Position numbers and translations under genes: made by a program
Source: Planctomycetaceae bacterium
Lineage (GTDB): Bacteria > Planctomycetota > Planctomycetia > Pirellulales > Thermoguttaceae
Assembly: GCA_031277105.1 (NCBI GenBank)
Contig: JAISLW010000268.1
Location: 98,698-162,697, forward strand
Reading direction: 5' to 3'
DNA: 64,000 bases
Notes under the pieces: model-generated
What the model was told of the DNA's origin: nothing
What the model saw: only the letters and a program-made list of their open reading frames with translations
Database searches by the model: none
Shown here: piece by piece, positions 8,135-17,476 of the stretch
Layout of the letters: every line of letters begins with the position of its first letter
Position numbering within the stretch: the first letter of the stretch is position 1

Positions 8135-9022
8135 TTAGATTTTTGTCACATTGACTATACCTAATGATTGCAATTTTTGTAAGCATTCGTCACGTTCTCT
8201 GCATCGTTCCAGAGATTTCCATGACGGGTCTTGGGCTTCAATGAATTGGTTTTCGGTTGCTGGAATTTGTCCTGTTTTTGCAAGTTTGGTAATTATGGCT
8301 TGGTCTAATTTACTCAATTGCATTGATTGCAATTGAAAATCTAAAAATGCTTCCCAGCAATACGGGAATAACGGTTTGACTATTTTTTCGCCGATAATTG
8401 TCGCATATTGTCTGATTTCATATTGGGCGCTCGCTTCCATCCGCAAACCTAAAAACCTGAATAAATTATGCAAATTGATTTTCCAATACGCTTCCGTATA
8501 AGTTGAGAGCGGCAAATCTTTTCTTGCCTGTTCTCTCGCTACGCCGCTTGCAATCCGATTTTCATACAAATTTCTTGCGATGTTGTGAAATTCGCTTTCC
8601 TTGTCAGTCAACTCTTTACCAATAACTTCATCAAAATTACCGCAACTTCCTTGTCGATTAGTTTCCGATTGTTTACGCCATTGGTCTGGTTCTAGCGAAT
8701 AAGCTGAATCAATCGCTATTGAATATCGCGTACTGTATTCGTTGACAGTCGCCGTGCGGTGCCGAATCCATTGCCGCCAACAATCCATCGGCACACGTAC
8801 CAATAATTTTAATTCCGCCATTTCAAACGGAGTCGTATGACGATGCCTGAATAAATATCGCAACAACGTCCGGTCATCCGATGATTTTTTCGTACCTTCA
8901 CCGTAACACACTCTAGCCGATTGAACGATAGCCGAATCATCACCCATCACATCAACTAGACAAACAAAACCATCGTTCAAAACCGGAAATTTTAACCATT
9001 TCAATTCATTTACTTTTTCCAT
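8135..9022 (-). CDS. thyX: flavin-dependent thymidylate synthase ThyX
   Basis: ThyX signature RHRTATVNEYSTRY (RHR-x7/8-S-x-RY) plus a second RHRHTTPFE block. 295 aa. Confidence 0.9.
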   Translation of the reverse strand: MEKVNELKWLKFPVLNDGFVCLVDVMGDDSAIVQSARVCYGEGTKKSSDDRTLLRYLFRHRHTTPFEMAELKLLVRVPMDCWRQWIRHRTATVNEYSTRYSIAIDSAYSLEPDQWRKQSETNRQGSCGNFDEVIGKELTDKESEFHNIARNLYENRIASGVAREQARKDLPLSTYTEAYWKINLHNLFRFLGLRMEASAQYEIRQYATIIGEKIVKPLFPYCWEAFLDFQLQSMQLSKLDQAIITKLAKTGQIPATENQFIEAQDPSWKSLERCRERDECLQKLQSLGIVNVTKI

Positions 9023-9051
9023 GACAATTTTCTTACTATTTGTTTTGCAGT

Positions 9052-9363
9052 TTATTCGTTTAAAACGCTTTGTATTTTTGTTTTGGATTGTACGCCTGTT
9101 AATATGTTTTTGACGTTGCCGTTGTCAAAAAGTATAACCGTAGGCAACATGTTGATCTTATACTTGTCCGCAATCGCAGGCGCTATATTTACATCAATTT
9201 GACAAACCAAAATTTCATCTGCATATTCCGCAGCGATTTGTTCCATTACGGGAATCATTACGCGACACGGCGTACACGTTTGACTAGTAAATTCAACCAA
9301 TACAGGCAACGCAGACCGCAAAACTATCGTTTGAAAATCTATTTCCGTTACGTTTATCATCAT
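9052..9363 (-). CDS. thioredoxin-like protein
   Basis: CxxC active site in thioredoxin context (VLVEFTSQTCTPCRVMIPVMEQIAAEY), then LPTVILFDNG. The start is moved to ATG 9363 (MMINVTE), which removes the overlap with ORF 9380..9769 and gives a typical ~104 aa. Confidence 0.75.
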   Translation of the reverse strand: MMINVTEIDFQTIVLRSALPVLVEFTSQTCTPCRVMIPVMEQIAAEYADEILVCQIDVNIAPAIADKYKINMLPTVILFDNGNVKNILTGVQSKTKIQSVLNE

Positions 9364-9379
9364 TTTTACCCACGTCTTT

Positions 9380-9769
9380 TTAGTGTAATAAAGCAAGATC
9401 AAACTCGTCCAAGTAAGCGTCATACGAAAAATTTCGCCAATAATGACTCTGCCAAATATGATCAAAACGGGCGCCAATTCTTATTAAATGAAAAATGAAC
9501 ATAGGGAACGCTTTCGCCAAATCAATCATGTCGTGCGAAGCCGCTGTCCATCTTGCCCGATGAACTTCGTAATACTTTTGACATGAGTCAAAATTCTTTA
9601 TCCTAAATATTGACATTAACGTTTGACCATCCGTTAATTTGAAATTAAATACATCAGCCATCAAAAAACCTTCGTCCATCTTATCCACTTCGCTATCGCT
9701 ACAATCATCAATGTAATACTCTAATTGCAATCTGTAAGTGAATTTGTTTTCCGCATCTGAAACAAACAT
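9380..9769 (-). CDS. hypothetical protein
   Basis: 129-aa ORF. Its ATG overlaps the stop of the small upstream ORF (TAATG). Confidence 0.5.
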   Translation of the reverse strand: MFVSDAENKFTYRLQLEYYIDDCSDSEVDKMDEGFLMADVFNFKLTDGQTLMSIFRIKNFDSCQKYYEVHRARWTAASHDMIDLAKAFPMFIFHLIRIGARFDHIWQSHYWRNFSYDAYLDEFDLALLH

Positions 9770-9921
9770 TATTGATTATTTTCCTTGTTATTGAAAATTA
9801 TGTTATCGGGGATAATTTCACGATTGCTTGAAAATACGAATGAATCCAGCAAACTACAACCGAAACCGATTAAAAAACCTATTGTCGCTAACAACACAAA
9901 CGACCACAATTTACTTTTCAT
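9769..9921 (-). CDS. small (50 aa) signal-peptide/lipobox-like peptide not in the ORF track
   Basis: Reads MKSKLWSFVLLATIGFLIGFGCSLLDSF... An SD-like GAGG lies 6 nt upstream. The stop is coupled (TAATG) to the next gene. Confidence 0.4.
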   Translation of the reverse strand: MKSKLWSFVLLATIGFLIGFGCSLLDSFVFSSNREIIPDNIIFNNKENNQ

Positions 9922-10011
9922 CTTTGACCTCTTTTCCTTTCTTTTCAATTAAATTGTTAATTAACAGTAATCGTTTTTTGGCGTGATTTGTTTGTTCTTC
10001 TTTCAATTGTG

Positions 10012-10049
10012 CTTTTACTATTGCAAAAGTATTATTTAATTTTTACTAT
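10012..10049. repeat. 38-nt conserved intergenic element, copy 2
   Basis: CTTTTACTATTGCAAAAGTATTATTTAATTTTTACTAT is 34/38 identical to 3034..3071. It sits immediately 3' of the stop (10053-10055) of the methyltransferase gene. Confidence 0.6.
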
Positions 10050-10052
10050 ATC

Positions 10053-11612
10053 CTACGCAGCGTCGTAATTTAATTGTAACGCTAATTTGTTCGTACTTAA
10101 AATTAAATCAGGGTTATTACAAACGTTTTGATACGATATTTCACCTTCAAAAGAATCAATTACTTCTTTTTCATTCGGGTCTAATTCTGTATATTGTTTT
10201 TTGCCGTATGAAGGCGGCAACCAATTTTTATGTTGCGAACCGAAAATATTAAACCGCTGCAATATTTTGTCGTCGTTAAATCTAATATGCACCGTCCCCT
10301 TCTTAAATATATCAATTGTTATGTAACCTAGATCAATATTTTTTGTTATTCCTGATTTGACTGCTTTTTCGATAATATCGTTGGCTTCTTGAAACGTACT
10401 TTTACCGCCGTCCAAAAACGCAAGCGCCCGATCAATATTTCGCATCTTTTGACCGAATTCATATCTTAAACTATTCCAATTAGTGTACGGTTGAAGCGGC
10501 AAAATAATTTTTTTGTTTATCTTCCACGCTTTGTTTGTTTTCCATCCGTTGTAATAATGAATGTTTTTACTGAATTCGTTAGTGTAACTGTATTGTCTGG
10601 AAAATTCGTCAAACAACGATATAATTTCCTTTTCTATATTTGCAACTATCTTTTGCGATAATTCATACCGCAACGCCGTAATGTTATAATCGCTGAAATC
10701 ATAATCCTCAAACCGAAATAATTCACTGTGCAACTCCGATAACATCGACGATGTCATTTGTTTATTAAACGCTGGTAATTTAAACAACATTTCCCAATAT
10801 TTTCGGCGTATCATTTTGATATATTCATTCGGCGTAACGTGTATTTGAAATACGTCGCCGCAGTGCAAACTGTATTGATCCGGCGATATTTCCATCAAAT
10901 ATGATTTCAAAATTTTATATTCGTCTAATAATTTCAGCCCCGCTTTTTGTTCCAGACGGCAACGAATAATCGCCGCTCGTATCGGATCAGCGTCAATTAA
11001 CGGATTAGCCGAAATTGAAACAGATTGAACATCGTTCAATTCGTCTTTTTGCAGATTGTCTAAAATCAAACTGAATTGTTCGGTTGTTTTAGGGCGTTGT
11101 ACATATACGAATGCGATTTCAACATTCGTTTTGCGGTCAGCCGCCGCAAAAGCGTTAGGAATAATTTCAATTGAAGCGTCCCAATCTTCAAGCTGGTCTT
11201 TAACAGTTTTGCGTAAATTAGAATAAGGATTGTTCAACGTCGACGAGTTTAATAAACAAACACATCTACCGCCAGGCTTCAATAATGATAACGCTTTGAC
11301 TAGATGCTTGTCGCCGTCCGAAAACGGCGGATTCATTATTATCGCATCATAACGTTTCAACGAATCAAACGTTAAAAAATCATCATGCACAACCCGAATT
11401 TCTTTGCCCTTCAAAATACTACGCAATTCCGGATCAATCTCTATCGCATCAACGTCGATTTTATAATAATCGCTTACTTTCAATAAACATTCAATTAAAA
11501 TACCGTTGCCGGCGCTAGGCTCTAGTACAATCGATTCACGATTGATATTAAGTTTACGAGCCATCTTAAACGCCAAATCAGACGGCGTTGGATAAAATTC
11601 ACGATCAAACAT
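10053..11612 (-). CDS. N6-adenine DNA methyltransferase (orphan, gamma-type motif order)
   Basis: FYPTP near the N-terminus, AdoMet motif I LEPSAGNG, and catalytic motif IV IIMNPPFSDG. No adjacent endonuclease gene. Confidence 0.85.
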   Translation of the reverse strand: MFDREFYPTPSDLAFKMARKLNINRESIVLEPSAGNGILIECLLKVSDYYKIDVDAIEIDPELRSILKGKEIRVVHDDFLTFDSLKRYDAIIMNPPFSDGDKHLVKALSLLKPGGRCVCLLNSSTLNNPYSNLRKTVKDQLEDWDASIEIIPNAFAAADRKTNVEIAFVYVQRPKTTEQFSLILDNLQKDELNDVQSVSISANPLIDADPIRAAIIRCRLEQKAGLKLLDEYKILKSYLMEISPDQYSLHCGDVFQIHVTPNEYIKMIRRKYWEMLFKLPAFNKQMTSSMLSELHSELFRFEDYDFSDYNITALRYELSQKIVANIEKEIISLFDEFSRQYSYTNEFSKNIHYYNGWKTNKAWKINKKIILPLQPYTNWNSLRYEFGQKMRNIDRALAFLDGGKSTFQEANDIIEKAVKSGITKNIDLGYITIDIFKKGTVHIRFNDDKILQRFNIFGSQHKNWLPPSYGKKQYTELDPNEKEVIDSFEGEISYQNVCNNPDLILSTNKLALQLNYDAA

Positions 11613-11751
11613 AAATTATTCCTTGTCTATTTAAAATAAATAATTGCTATTTGTTTTTACGCACATAACCATACTGAAAAAATGGATGGTTGACGTTAAT
11701 AAGAATATGCCTGTTTAACACGCAAAATTATTAGAAAATTACAAGAAAATA

Positions 11752-12201
11752 TTATTGCGACGGCGATGTTTCGACGTATCGAATCGTAGCGATATAATTT
11801 ATACTAAAATGGAATCGTCTGCCGCTGGAGTCTAACCCCATTGGCATAATGCCGCCTTGTTGTGAAATCGTTTGCAAGTACGCCATCGTGTTGTCGATTT
11901 GCGTCATATAATTGTGAACTTTATCCATCGCAATTTGTATCTCTTTGATCTTTTGATACGCTGTCAAATATGTTGTAGCCCGCGTTCTGATTTGACAACC
12001 TGGATGAATTATCGTTTCACCCGAATACATAATACGCCCGTCTTTGTTGCCTTCCGTATCCGTTACTGTAATAATATTGTCTTTCGCTTGCGGACTATCA
12101 GGCAAGTACGCAACCGTTGTAAACCAGTCCTTGACCGACTCCGGTTGCGATATATGCAAGTCCAATAATATCCGACGTACAACTTGGGCTAACGTTATCA
12201 T
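11752..12201 (-). CDS. tail terminator / tail completion candidate (DUF3168-like)
   Basis: 149 aa, positioned downstream of the head-closure and HK97-gp10-like genes. Assigned by synteny and general pattern only. Confidence 0.35.
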   Translation of the reverse strand: MITLAQVVRRILLDLHISQPESVKDWFTTVAYLPDSPQAKDNIITVTDTEGNKDGRIMYSGETIIHPGCQIRTRATTYLTAYQKIKEIQIAMDKVHNYMTQIDNTMAYLQTISQQGGIMPMGLDSSGRRFHFSINYIATIRYVETSPSQ

Positions 12202-12221
12202 TTTTATTCTGACTTTAAGGA

Positions 12222-12596
12222 TTACCTAAAACTACCTACATTCGGATGCTGCGCTAAATTTTTACCTATATCGTACAGTTTGTCATACAATTTATCGGCT
12301 TCCGTCGACTCAATTATTTTTTTAGTTTCTAGCTCTTGTACTCGTAAATTTTCGGCGCCTAAAGCGTCTTGGGCTTCATAATACGCATCGTGATATTCTA
12401 TCCTCATTTTTCGTAATTCTTTTTCAAACCGCTCTTCAGACGATACAAGTTTACGATACAACGCATTCGATTTACTAACAGATTGCTTGACCGAATTTAT
12501 ATCGTTAAAAACAGACAACGAACTCATTCCCACACGTTCATGTTGACCGCTTTGTAACGATTCAAATAAACTAATATTCGCAATATTGTTATTCAT
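12222..12596 (-). CDS. shared-leader family protein (member 1)
   Basis: Start set at ATG 12596 (SD AAGGG). N-terminus MNNNIANISLFESLQSGQHERVGMSSLSVFND. Confidence 0.6.
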   Translation of the reverse strand: MNNNIANISLFESLQSGQHERVGMSSLSVFNDINSVKQSVSKSNALYRKLVSSEERFEKELRKMRIEYHDAYYEAQDALGAENLRVQELETKKIIESTEADKLYDKLYDIGKNLAQHPNVGSFR

Positions 12597-12681
12597 TATT
12601 ATCCCTTTCATCACTTAAAATTTTGTTTATACGTTTACATGATTTTTGATTTGGTTGTTATTTTTTGGCGAAATCATAATT

Positions 12682-12993
12682 TTACTTTCGTGCGATAGCG
12701 GTTCTTATTGCGTTTGCAACGTCTGGCAAAATTTCTTTTACGGCTCTGTCTAAAAATTTCGCTTGACCGCCGTTAGGGTGATTGTTTTCCAAATTTTCAT
12801 GTACGTAAATTGCATACGGCGCTGTATATTTGACCGTCAACGTTATTCGTTTTGACGATTCCGTTATATTTTGCCGCACGCTGTCCCGCAAAAAACCTGT
12901 ACGTACAGGAACGTAAGCGGTTGACCGCTCGACTATATTTTCGCCTATATCTGCTAACGCCGACCGTATTGACGTTTTTACTCCGTTTATCAT
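12682..12993 (-). CDS. HK97 gp10-family head-tail joining / tail completion protein
   Basis: YVPVRTGFLRDSV and ..YAIYVHE..GGQAKFLDRAV match the gp10-family pattern (aP-x-x-TG-x-LR-x-S ... YA-x-x-VE ... PFL). Confidence 0.6.
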   Translation of the reverse strand: MINGVKTSIRSALADIGENIVERSTAYVPVRTGFLRDSVRQNITESSKRITLTVKYTAPYAIYVHENLENNHPNGGQAKFLDRAVKEILPDVANAIRTAIARK

Positions 12994-13373
12994 AACGTTA
13001 CCTCAATCATAACATGCCGCGATTGCGCATCCGGCGTTGCAGGTAATTTATCGTGTTTCCATCTAGGCACGATTTTTTGCGATTTAATCGGGTACGCCGC
13101 CGGAATATTAGGCGGTTTATCCGTTAATTCAGCAAGAACCGATTCGCCGCCAAACATCAAATAAGAACCTACTTCCAATACGCGATCCGGAAAAACAGTC
13201 ATTGAATTAGACGTGTCATCTTGCGTATCGTTCATATCAATTTGCGGCGAATGCGAATCCCATCTGCAATCTATAATTATCGGCGTTTCAAACGTAGGTT
13301 GACCGAATTCGTCAATACCCGTTTTTTTCCAATAAATCGCTTTGTGAACCCTCATCGTGCGAATAATACGCAT
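12990..13373 (-). CDS. head closure / head-tail adaptor candidate
   Basis: 127 aa, 4-nt overlap with the gp10-like gene. Assigned by synteny only. Confidence 0.35.
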   Translation of the reverse strand: MRIIRTMRVHKAIYWKKTGIDEFGQPTFETPIIIDCRWDSHSPQIDMNDTQDDTSNSMTVFPDRVLEVGSYLMFGGESVLAELTDKPPNIPAAYPIKSQKIVPRWKHDKLPATPDAQSRHVMIEVTL

Positions 13374-13388
13374 AACAACCTCGCAATC

Positions 13389-13901
13389 TTATTTGGTTTT
13401 TATTACCAATATCCACGTATCGCCGTTTCGCATTAAACCTGCCGAAACAGGTTGCCGTAACAATAACAATTGACGAGTCCGCCGTGAATTTAACCACGAT
13501 CTAACAGGCGATTTCGACGTTGTCTTAATTACGCTGCATTGACTAGTTTTGTTAAAATTCGATTTATAACTAGCAGCCGCTTCAACTAATTCAGACGATA
13601 ATTCAAAAGGTTGCAATTTCAATTTAATACGCTCGCCGTTCAATTCGTCCCAAACCGTTTGAATTTCATTATCCAATACAAAATTAGATTCATTTATCGG
13701 TTCGGATTCTGTTTGCGGTACGGGAATTATAGGTTCAGGTTCAATTTCTTTTGCCGTCAACGTTTCATACGCCGCAACTGTAGCTATCGTCGCTATCGTC
13801 GCATTATACTGTTCCGTAACAGGCACAACTTGACGATTAGACGAATTACACATCAACAACAAAATTACAATAATTATCCCAATAATTAACAATCTAGACA
13901 T
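13389..13901 (-). CDS. signal-anchored secreted protein, weak CAP/YkwD-like C-terminus
   Basis: Start set at ATG 13901 (MSRLLIIGIIIVILLLMCNSS). The C-terminal WLNSRRTRQLLL...AGLMRNGDTWILV vaguely resembles CAP-domain ends. Confidence 0.35.
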   Translation of the reverse strand: MSRLLIIGIIIVILLLMCNSSNRQVVPVTEQYNATIATIATVAAYETLTAKEIEPEPIIPVPQTESEPINESNFVLDNEIQTVWDELNGERIKLKLQPFELSSELVEAAASYKSNFNKTSQCSVIKTTSKSPVRSWLNSRRTRQLLLLRQPVSAGLMRNGDTWILVIKTK

Positions 13902-14112
13902 GTTTTTTAACCTTCTTTTTATCTTTGGTTTCTTGGTATTTTTGGATCGCAATTTTCAACGCCGTACTGGGAACAAAACCAATTTGCCGCGTAAATAATT
14001 TAACAAACGATTGCAACGAAACGTCGTTAAAAATCGCAACTGAATCGTTACGCTCGCATTGATAACTTTGCAACGATTCAAATTCGCTAATATCTGCAAC
14101 GTTATTGTTCAT
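13894..14112 (-). CDS. shared-leader family protein (member 2, short)
   Basis: Start set at ATG 14112 (SD GAGGA, 9-nt spacing). N-terminus MNNNVADISEFESLQSYQCERNDSVAIFND. Confidence 0.55.
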   Translation of the reverse strand: MNNNVADISEFESLQSYQCERNDSVAIFNDVSLQSFVKLFTRQIGFVPSTALKIAIQKYQETKDKKKVKKHV

Positions 14113-14437
14113 TTTGTTGTTCCTCGTTTTCTGAATCTTTGAGTAATTCAAATATCCGATGGAAAATTGTATTTGACCATTTCGTAACTACGCCGCTACT
14201 TTCAGTCTCAATTACAACTATCCAATCCGTAAATTCAATACGCGCAATACTGCCGTCCAGCATTGTTAAATTTACATAACTCGTATTATTGTCCACAACG
14301 CCGTAAGTAGCCGCTACTCTTGTACCGTCCAATAATTTATGTATTGACGGCATAATAGAATCGCCTACCGCAACATCATCGCTATCAACAACAAATTGAA
14401 CAGCTTTTACTTCTATACTTTTACTTTTAAATCTCAT
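14102..14437 (-). CDS. hypothetical small phage protein
   Basis: 111-aa ORF whose start overlaps the stop of the upstream 502-aa gene. Confidence 0.5.
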   Translation of the reverse strand: MRFKSKSIEVKAVQFVVDSDDVAVGDSIMPSIHKLLDGTRVAATYGVVDNNTSYVNLTMLDGSIARIEFTDWIVVIETESSGVVTKWSNTIFHRIFELLKDSENEEQQNEQ

Positions 14438-15945
14438 TAGGTACTTTCCTCCACATCCATCAATCTATATTTATAGATTACGTGCAAAATTTTATCAGAC
14501 GGTTTAGTTACAGGTTCAGGTAAATTGATCGCTGAAAAAACTTGCGATAATCGTACATACGGGAAACCGATATTTTGACCGCTAGAATTCGCCCAAATTT
14601 GACGTATCTTGCCATCAACTAATATAAACGGACACGATTGACTCGTACTAATTCGCATAATTATACGCCGTAACGGAGCAGTAAATTCAGCATCGTAAAT
14701 AATACCCGGCGTAAAAGTCGAATCAATTACAGAAACAACCGATGTTGCATGATTTTTAACATACGCATACGGCAAATAATAACGCTCGTTTTCAACATCA
14801 TAATAACCTTGTAAACTGTAATTTTCGCCTGACGAACTATGATTGCCGATACCGTAATCCAATATGCCTAAATCCTCAATCTCATACGTCATGTTTGCAG
14901 GATCGTCTATACCGCTGATTGTAGCAACTTGTACGTTACAACCGTAACCGTCGTCGCCATGATTACCGTAACTTAACGTTTGGAAAACTTGTATCTGATT
15001 CGTTTCAGGCAAATAAACAATTACAGGTTGCGAACTTGATCCTACATTCGTAGCGCCCGCCGAAACTGAATCCCTCAAAGTAAATACAATCGGTTTAGTC
15101 GCAACTGAAGTCGCAGTATAAAACGCTGTCGTATATTGCAAGTTTACCGTATGCGTTGTAGATGTAGCAGACGAATAAATCGCTCTGTAACCGATTGTCT
15201 TTTCTTCGCCTGCGGGGCCCGTAGTTACAGCAATACCGCTTGAAACGCCAGGTATGCCGCAAGCAGTACCACTTATTGACCGCGCTACAGGAGTCGCCAT
15301 ATTCGATAAATCAACTTGGAACATATAACCGCTATAATATTTCCACAAAAACGATCCCGTCGTCCGATGTTCCAAAAGATAAGGCGCCGTCAAATTCCAA
15401 CCTACCCACGTCGGATTACGCATCTGTTCGTGCATCCACAAACCAAAATTTGAATTCTTTTCACCGTGAATCCTGCCAACGCTGATAGATTTAATTGTCG
15501 CAACGCCATAATTTTTAACGAAATCTATCGCATAATCACCCGTATCAGGATCAAGATAACTAGCGCTAGGTATCAGCAATTTATCAGTTTCACCTACAGC
15601 GCTCGTACCGTAAAAAGGCACGTTAGACGTCAAAGAAGTTAAATTAGGTTGCACATACGGCGGTATAACCATATCGACATCTTCGTCTATCTCATCACTC
15701 ATCAAATACAAACCCATTGTAGATGGATTCGTCGTAGAATAAACATTGGTCGTGTACGGCGTAGTCGCAGTATGCGACCCTTGAAACAAAGCGCTTAACG
15801 GACTAATACCGCGAACTATCCGCTCTATCGCAACTTGTTTGCCGACATTAGTAATAAAATTTGAACCTATTACTCGCTTTTCAATATTGCCTTTACGATC
15901 CACAATACGAACTTCAACTTCACCCTTAAATCTACATTCACTCAT
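14437..15945 (-). CDS. virion structural protein candidate (fibre/receptor-binding region)
   Basis: 502 aa, Ser/Thr/Gly-rich and beta-rich, located in the fibre-like gene cluster. No diagnostic motif. Confidence 0.4.
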   Translation of the reverse strand: MSECRFKGEVEVRIVDRKGNIEKRVIGSNFITNVGKQVAIERIVRGISPLSALFQGSHTATTPYTTNVYSTTNPSTMGLYLMSDEIDEDVDMVIPPYVQPNLTSLTSNVPFYGTSAVGETDKLLIPSASYLDPDTGDYAIDFVKNYGVATIKSISVGRIHGEKNSNFGLWMHEQMRNPTWVGWNLTAPYLLEHRTTGSFLWKYYSGYMFQVDLSNMATPVARSISGTACGIPGVSSGIAVTTGPAGEEKTIGYRAIYSSATSTTHTVNLQYTTAFYTATSVATKPIVFTLRDSVSAGATNVGSSSQPVIVYLPETNQIQVFQTLSYGNHGDDGYGCNVQVATISGIDDPANMTYEIEDLGILDYGIGNHSSSGENYSLQGYYDVENERYYLPYAYVKNHATSVVSVIDSTFTPGIIYDAEFTAPLRRIIMRISTSQSCPFILVDGKIRQIWANSSGQNIGFPYVRLSQVFSAINLPEPVTKPSDKILHVIYKYRLMDVEEST

Positions 15946-16008
15946 CTCATATTCTCCAATATCTACTATATAGTAGAAGGTATAACATTATCCAAACTAT
16001 TCAAAACA

Positions 16009-16779
16009 TTATTCAGGCGGCATATCCAGTAATTTTAACGTTACCGTATCCTGAAAACTTACATTATTTGTTGTAAACTTATCCGATATGACTGCACTTG
16101 GAACATCTACAATTTGAGTCGCATCACTTGTTGTCGTTTGTAACAAATTAGCCGTAATATCAATTAACGCCGTTTGCAACGCGTCAATAAAACTTACATT
16201 ACTTGTTGTAAACTTATCCGATATGACTGCACTTGGAACATCTACAATTTGAGTCGCATCGCTTGTTGTCGTTTGTAACAAATTAGCCGTAATATCAATT
16301 AACGCCGTTTGCAACACGTCAATAAAATTAGACGTTTCAATTTGATTATTAGGGAAATCTATAACCGCCTGATCGATTAACGTACAATCGGCGCTAAAAA
16401 ATAAATTAACAAAACTGTACAAAATCAATGCGGCGTTATCCGCAAAAACATTCGCATCAAATTGCTCGTCATCAACAACAAATTCATATTCGTCTTGTAA
16501 CGCAGTCAATTCTGTCAAATACTCGTTCAATACGTTATCGGGAATAACGTTTGTTAGCGTCAATTGCAAAATGTCTTGTAATACAGCTTGCGTAAGTTGG
16601 CGTATTATAGGTTCGTCCGAAACGCCGCCTTGACTTATAGCGCTTAATTTATTCAACAAATTGTGCCACGTATCAGTTTCAACAGCGGCAACAGAACGTG
16701 AAACTAAAAAAGTTGCCAGCCGTTTACGCAACCCGCGATCATTCAATATTGCCGTCGCTAATAATTCTAATAAATTCAT
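16009..16779 (-). CDS. fibre-associated protein with internal 45-aa tandem duplication
   Basis: 256 aa containing FID[VA]LQTALIDITANLLQTTTSDATQIVDVPSAVISDKFTT[SN]NVS twice in tandem. 4-nt overlap with the upstream fibre-like gene. Confidence 0.55.
   Translation of the reverse strand: MNLLELLATAILNDRGLRKRLATFLVSRSVAAVETDTWHNLLNKLSAISQGGVSDEPIIRQLTQAVLQDILQLTLTNVIPDNVLNEYLTELTALQDEYEFVVDDEQFDANVFADNAALILYSFVNLFFSADCTLIDQAVIDFPNNQIETSNFIDVLQTALIDITANLLQTTTSDATQIVDVPSAVISDKFTTSNVSFIDALQTALIDITANLLQTTTSDATQIVDVPSAVISDKFTTNNVSFQDTVTLKLLDMPPE
16056..16325 (-). repeat. 2 x 135-nt in-frame tandem repeat
   Basis: Units 16056-16190 and 16191-16325 differ at only a few positions. Confidence 0.9.
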
Positions 16780-17159
16780 GGCACACCTTGCGAATCTAAT
16801 AACGTTTCAACTAAATCTTCCGCTTGACCTATTGCGTTTTCGATTTCTTGTAATTTTGTATCAATTACTGTTTTGGTATAGAATTTTGCATCTGTTGCCG
16901 TTTTGGTGTAATAATTGGACAAGTCAACGTTACCTGTATCGCCGCCGTCAATAGGAGGTTCAGGCGGATTAAATAATTCATCTATATTCAACGCCGCCGG
17001 ATCAAACGCAACAATAATAAATTTTTCCCGAAACATTAAATCTAAACGCATAACCGTATTGACAAGACTGCCAGTCGTGATCAATACATCGTCAGGAAAA
17101 CCAGCCGCATCCCAATGCGATACGTAATGATTAGCGCCGATTAATTTAAACGTATTCAT
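16776..17159 (-). CDS. tail-fibre-like protein fragment
   Basis: VDLSNYYTKTATDAKFYTKTVIDTKLQEIENAI resembles the Y-x-K-x-E-x-D repeat and coiled-coil common in phage fibre proteins. Confidence 0.4.
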   Translation of the reverse strand: MNTFKLIGANHYVSHWDAAGFPDDVLITTGSLVNTVMRLDLMFREKFIIVAFDPAALNIDELFNPPEPPIDGGDTGNVDLSNYYTKTATDAKFYTKTVIDTKLQEIENAIGQAEDLVETLLDSQGVP

Positions 17160-17162
17160 AAA

Positions 17163-17378
17163 TCATTCATTATTTGACGGTTCGCAAACTACGCTTTGAG
17201 CGGGCAAAAAACCGCGTTGCGATACGTCTGTATGTACTTCAACGCTGTCGTCTTGCACAATAACAGCGGATGTTTCAGGTTTATACGTTTCTGCTTCAGG
17301 CATTTGAACGTTTTGCATCGTTAAACCAACTAAACCCGCTACTCCCGTCAACATTAGACCTGGTATTATCCGTTCCAT
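17163..17378 (-). CDS. small single-pass membrane protein
   Basis: 71 aa with N-terminal helix IIPGLMLTGVAGLVGL. Confidence 0.4.
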   Translation of the reverse strand: MERIIPGLMLTGVAGLVGLTMQNVQMPEAETYKPETSAVIVQDDSVEVHTDVSQRGFLPAQSVVCEPSNNE

Positions 17379-17476
17379 ATCTTTTCCGTTCCGTTCTAAT
17401 TTTAATAGTTACAATTTTTGTTAAAAACTACAACCTTTTGCGTATCAATATTTATCAAATATTGACTATTTGCTTT

